Positions 60,961-64,000 of a stretch of 64,000 bases of DNA are shown in pieces. Each line of letters begins with the position of its first letter. Position 1 is the first letter of the stretch. Position numbers and translations under genes: made by a program. This stretch comes from Aeromicrobium sp. (GTDB lineage Bacteria > Actinomycetota > Actinomycetes > Propionibacteriales > Nocardioidaceae). The notes under the pieces are model-generated. The model saw nothing but the letters and a program-made list of their open reading frames with translations. It did no database searches and had not been told where the DNA came from. The stretch is taken from contig NZ_JBBJMJ010000009.1 in NCBI RefSeq assembly GCF_037719875.1, forward strand, positions 31,869 to 95,868, read 5' to 3'.

Positions 60961-61551
60961 ATGCGAAGCAATGACTTCCCAGAACAGCGCCGCCCGGCCG
61001 ATCGTCGGCGCGGCAGACACAACCCAGACCGCGACTTCGGTCGCGAATTCGGCTTCGGACCCGGATTCGGCGGCCCCGGTCGCCCACGTGGTCGCCGGCG
61101 GGGCGGGCGAGGCGGAGATGTCCGCGCCGCGGCACTCCTGCTCCTCAGTGAGCAGCCACAACACGGCTATCAGCTGATCCAGGAGATCGGTGAGCGGTCG
61201 AACGGCAGCTGGACCCCCAGCCCCGGTTCGATCTATCCCGTGCTCCAGCAGCTCGAGGACGAGGGACTCCTCACCTTCGAGCGGGTCGACGGCCGCAAGA
61301 CCGCCACCTTGACCACCGAAGGCACCTCGTACGTCGAGGAGAACCGTGAGCAGCTCGGCACCCCGTGGGAGGACTCGCACGGCGGTCCCGACCACGAGAT
61401 GCGCGAGTTCTCGCACAGCCTCAAGGGATTCGTCAACGCCTGGAAGCAGGTCGCGCAGGCCGGCACGCCCGCGCAGCGCGAGAAGGCCACGATCGTGGTC
61501 GAGGACGCACGGAAGGCGATGTACCGCATACTTGCGGACGATGAGTCATAA
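60961..61551 (+). CDS. PadR family regulator
   Basis: RGGDVRAA, HGYQLIQE, PSPGSIYPVL. Confidence 0.92.
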   Translation: MRSNDFPEQRRPADRRRGRHNPDRDFGREFGFGPGFGGPGRPRGRRRGGRGGDVRAAALLLLSEQPQHGYQLIQEIGERSNGSWTPSPGSIYPVLQQLEDEGLLTFERVDGRKTATLTTEGTSYVEENREQLGTPWEDSHGGPDHEMREFSHSLKGFVNAWKQVAQAGTPAQREKATIVVEDARKAMYRILADDES

Positions 61552-61951
61552 CGGACGCCTGTCCCTGCCCGAGAGCGAGATGACCTGGCGGTTCTCTCGC
61601 TCTTCGGGCGCCGGCGGCCAGCATGTCAACACCAGCGACACCCGCGTCGAGCTGATCTGGTCACTCACCAGCACCACCGCGCTCTCCCCCGACCAGAGGC
61701 AGCTTGCCGCCCAGCGGCTCAGCAACCGCCTGATCAGCGGGACGATCACCGTCGTCTCGTCGCAATATCGCTCACAGCACCGCAATCGGGAGGCTGCCCG
61801 CGTACGCCTCGAAGAGCTCGTGTCCCACGCGATCGTCCCTCCCAAACCTCGGCAGGCCACTCGGCCGAGCCGCGCGTCGAAGCAGCGCCGGATCGACGCC
61901 AAGAAGCGTCGCAGCTCGCTCAAGCAGGGCCGCTCCTCGTCGTGGGAATAG
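61541..61951 (+). CDS. arfB: Alternative ribosome rescue factor ArfB
   Basis: RSSGAGGQHVN, RSQHRNRE, basic C-terminal tail. Confidence 0.93.
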   Translation: MSHNGRLSLPESEMTWRFSRSSGAGGQHVNTSDTRVELIWSLTSTTALSPDQRQLAAQRLSNRLISGTITVVSSQYRSQHRNREAARVRLEELVSHAIVPPKPRQATRPSRASKQRRIDAKKRRSSLKQGRSSSWE

Positions 61952-62035
61952 GCGGTTGACCCGCCCTGCTGCTGCTCACGTGATTGGCTTGCGCTGTCGC
62001 GGGTATGCCCTCGACACACGCTCCTAGGAGGAACC

Positions 62036-62212
62036 ATGACGATCGCCCCGCCAGAGCCCGATCAAGACCCGACTGCCCCCGGCGATGACGAGCCCGAGAA
62101 GGCCCCGCCCCTCCCCGACCCGGCTTTCCCCGAGGTCCTGCCCGGAGGAGACCCCGGCCCAGGCGAGTCGCCGGACGCCGAGCCCGAGACCCAGCCCGAC
62201 TCCGACAGCTGA
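62036..62212 (+). CDS. 58-aa acidic proline-rich small protein, missing from the ORF track
   Basis: AGGAGGAACC-ATG; MTIAPPEPDQDPTAPGDDEPEKAPPLPDPAFPEVLPGGDPGPGESPDAEPETQPDSDS. Confidence 0.65.
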   Translation: MTIAPPEPDQDPTAPGDDEPEKAPPLPDPAFPEVLPGGDPGPGESPDAEPETQPDSDS

Positions 62213-62270
62213 CGCCCGGCGACGATGAAGTCGTGATTCTCGAGCGGCTCCTGTCTCGTAGGGTGCCGTC

Positions 62271-62963
62271 ATGATGTCGGATGCGGCCGCGCTCGAACGC
62301 CTCTACGCCTATCCCGCCACCGACCGGCCGTGGGTGCGCAGCAACTTCGTCTCGACCCTTGACGGCGCTGCCGCAGGAACCGATGGGAGATCCGGCACCC
62401 TCGGCGGCGATGCAGACACCCGTGTGTTCGCTCTGCTGCGCTCACTCGCCGACGTCATCATCGTCGGTGCCGGCACCGCGCGCGACGAGGGATACGCCGA
62501 CTTCGACGTCGACTCCGAGCTGCGGGCCCGGCTCGGGCTCGCACCCGTCCCGGCGATGGTCCTGGTCAGTCACACCCTCGACATCCCCGGGGCGCTCATC
62601 GCGCCCGGCAACGTCGTGGTCACGGCGGCCAATGCGGACCCCTCGCGGGTCGCGGCATTGCGCGAAACCGTGGAGGTCCTCGTCACGGGCGACGAGGAGA
62701 TCGACTGGCCCGCGGTCCTGGCCACGCTGGCGGATCGAGGCTGGACGAGAATCCTGTGCGAGGGCGGACCCACCCTGCACGGCGAGCTCATCCGACTCGA
62801 TCTGGTCGATGAGCTGTGCCTGACGGTCGCGCCGATCCTCACCGGCGGCAATGCTCCGCGGATCGCTCGCGGCCATGAGGGCGTGGACCGACCGATGGCC
62901 CTGGGTCACGCGATCGAGGCGGACGGTGGCCTCCTGACCAGATGGGTCCGAGCCCGGTCCTGA
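62271..62963 (+). CDS. RibD C-terminal domain (pyrimidine reductase-like) protein
   Basis: NFVSTLDG, VGAGTAR, CEGGPTL, DELCLTVAP. Confidence 0.88.
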   Translation: MMSDAAALERLYAYPATDRPWVRSNFVSTLDGAAAGTDGRSGTLGGDADTRVFALLRSLADVIIVGAGTARDEGYADFDVDSELRARLGLAPVPAMVLVSHTLDIPGALIAPGNVVVTAANADPSRVAALRETVEVLVTGDEEIDWPAVLATLADRGWTRILCEGGPTLHGELIRLDLVDELCLTVAPILTGGNAPRIARGHEGVDRPMALGHAIEADGGLLTRWVRARS

Positions 62964-63010
62964 GGTCCGGTCACCCGTAGGCTGTCGGTCGTCCACGACC
63001 TAGGAGTCCC

Positions 63011-63517
63011 ATGAACGAGCTCGACACGGCCGCACTCATCCTCCGGATCGCCCTCGGAGTCACCTTGATGGCCCATGGTTGGAATCACGGATTCGGCTCC
63101 GGCGGCCTGGCAGGGACGGCTGGCTGGTTCGAGAGCATCGGCCTGCGTCCGGCCAAGGTGCACGCGGCGATCAGCGCATACGCCGAGCTCGCCGCGGGTG
63201 CCGCGCTCGTGGTCGGCCTGCTGGTCCCCTTCGCCGCGGCGGCCGGCATCGGCATCATGACGGTGGCCTTCGTGACGGTCCACCGGCGCAACGGCTTCTT
63301 CATCTTCGGAGACGACGAGGGATATGAGTACGTCGGGGTCCTCGCGTTCGCGTTGACCGCCCTCGCGGTGCTCGGCGGTGGCGAGCTGTCTGTCGACCAT
63401 GCGCTGGACCTCGACCTCGACGGCATCGCGATCGGACTCGGCGCGGCCGCCGGAGGCATCGCCGCCGCGGCCGGACTGCTCCTGACCTGCTGGCGGCCGC
63501 CGGCCAAGCCGGCCTGA
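63011..63517 (+). CDS. DoxX family membrane protein
   Basis: LRIALG...HG, GYEY, GELSVD; RBS AGGAG. Confidence 0.85.
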   Translation: MNELDTAALILRIALGVTLMAHGWNHGFGSGGLAGTAGWFESIGLRPAKVHAAISAYAELAAGAALVVGLLVPFAAAAGIGIMTVAFVTVHRRNGFFIFGDDEGYEYVGVLAFALTALAVLGGGELSVDHALDLDLDGIAIGLGAAAGGIAAAAGLLLTCWRPPAKPA

Positions 63518-63519
63518 GG

Positions 63520-63876
63520 CTACAGCAGGAAGTAGACCTTGCGCAGCGTCTCGTGGATCGTCCAGCACGTGCGCTCACCAGCGTGCAGGCGCACGAGGCT
63601 TCCGGCCTGGATCGGCACGACCGAGTCGTCCTCGAACCGGACCTCGCCCCGCCCACTGAGGACCAGGAACACCTCGTCGGCCTCGACGTCGGTGACGGTG
63701 CCCGCGGTGATCTCCCAGATGCCGATCTCGTTCTCGCGGTATGTCGCGAGGTCGATCGTGCCGACCTCCGGCATCCCCTCGACGACCTCCGGGCTCGGCA
63801 CCTGCGACCGGGTCAGCGGCGTCGCCCGCACGTCATCGGCAAGCACCCGATCGCTCGGCTCCTTCGCCCGCGTCAT
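63520..63876 (-). CDS. Cupin (DUF861/EutQ-like) protein
   Basis: GIWEITAG, EVFLVLSG, WTIHETLRKVY; ATGA overlap with the upstream gene. Confidence 0.85.
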   Translation of the reverse strand: MTRAKEPSDRVLADDVRATPLTRSQVPSPEVVEGMPEVGTIDLATYRENEIGIWEITAGTVTDVEADEVFLVLSGRGEVRFEDDSVVPIQAGSLVRLHAGERTCWTIHETLRKVYFLL

Positions 63877-64000
63877 GAGTCGAACCCCAGTCCGAGCCGG
63901 TCCAGCGTACGCAGCAGCAGGTTGCGGCGACCCTCGCGATGATCCGCGCGGTCCAGCGACCACTTCGTGGCTTCGATGCCGATCTTGGCGAGCGGCTCGG
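63873..64000 (-). CDS. 3' end of a probable FAD-dependent oxidoreductase (partial)
   Basis: EPLAKIGIEATKWSLDRADHREGRRNLLLRTLDRLGLGFDS stop; runs off the window. Confidence 0.65.
   Translation of the reverse strand, partial: EPLAKIGIEATKWSLDRADHREGRRNLLLRTLDRLGLGFDS

Overview
High-GC actinobacterial chromosome segment; gene order and style suggest Nocardioidaceae (e.g. Aeromicrobium-like), which is an inference. It carries the conserved core block argS-lysA...hom-thrC-thrB-rho-rpmE-prfA-prmC-tsaC-wecA-atpIBEFHAGDC (minus strand), tRNA-Arg(CCG), kgd, malic enzyme, whiB1/pdtaS, bL37, sigR(sigH)-rsrA, aroA-rsgA-hisN and arfB, with small accessory genes in between. No integrase, transposase, phage gene or CRISPR array was seen. 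Most notable: (1) a family of 83-bp intergenic elements (before wecA, between sigR and rsrA, three in tandem before rsgA, plus a 32-bp in-frame remnant before atpI), each encoding a 28-codon MxERQR mini-ORF that overlaps the next start (ATGA) and folding a covarying hairpin over that start, i.e. a MIRU-like translational relay; (2) an IdeR-box Fe3+ ABC operon ending in a single-chain adenylation-carrier-membrane acyltransferase; (3) an unannotated secreted peptide with a duplicated (G/A)IDWD motif; (4) a promoter-driven 12-codon ORF/structured RNA upstream of argS; (5) tandem tRNA-3'-end repeats; (6) two predicted SigR isoforms.
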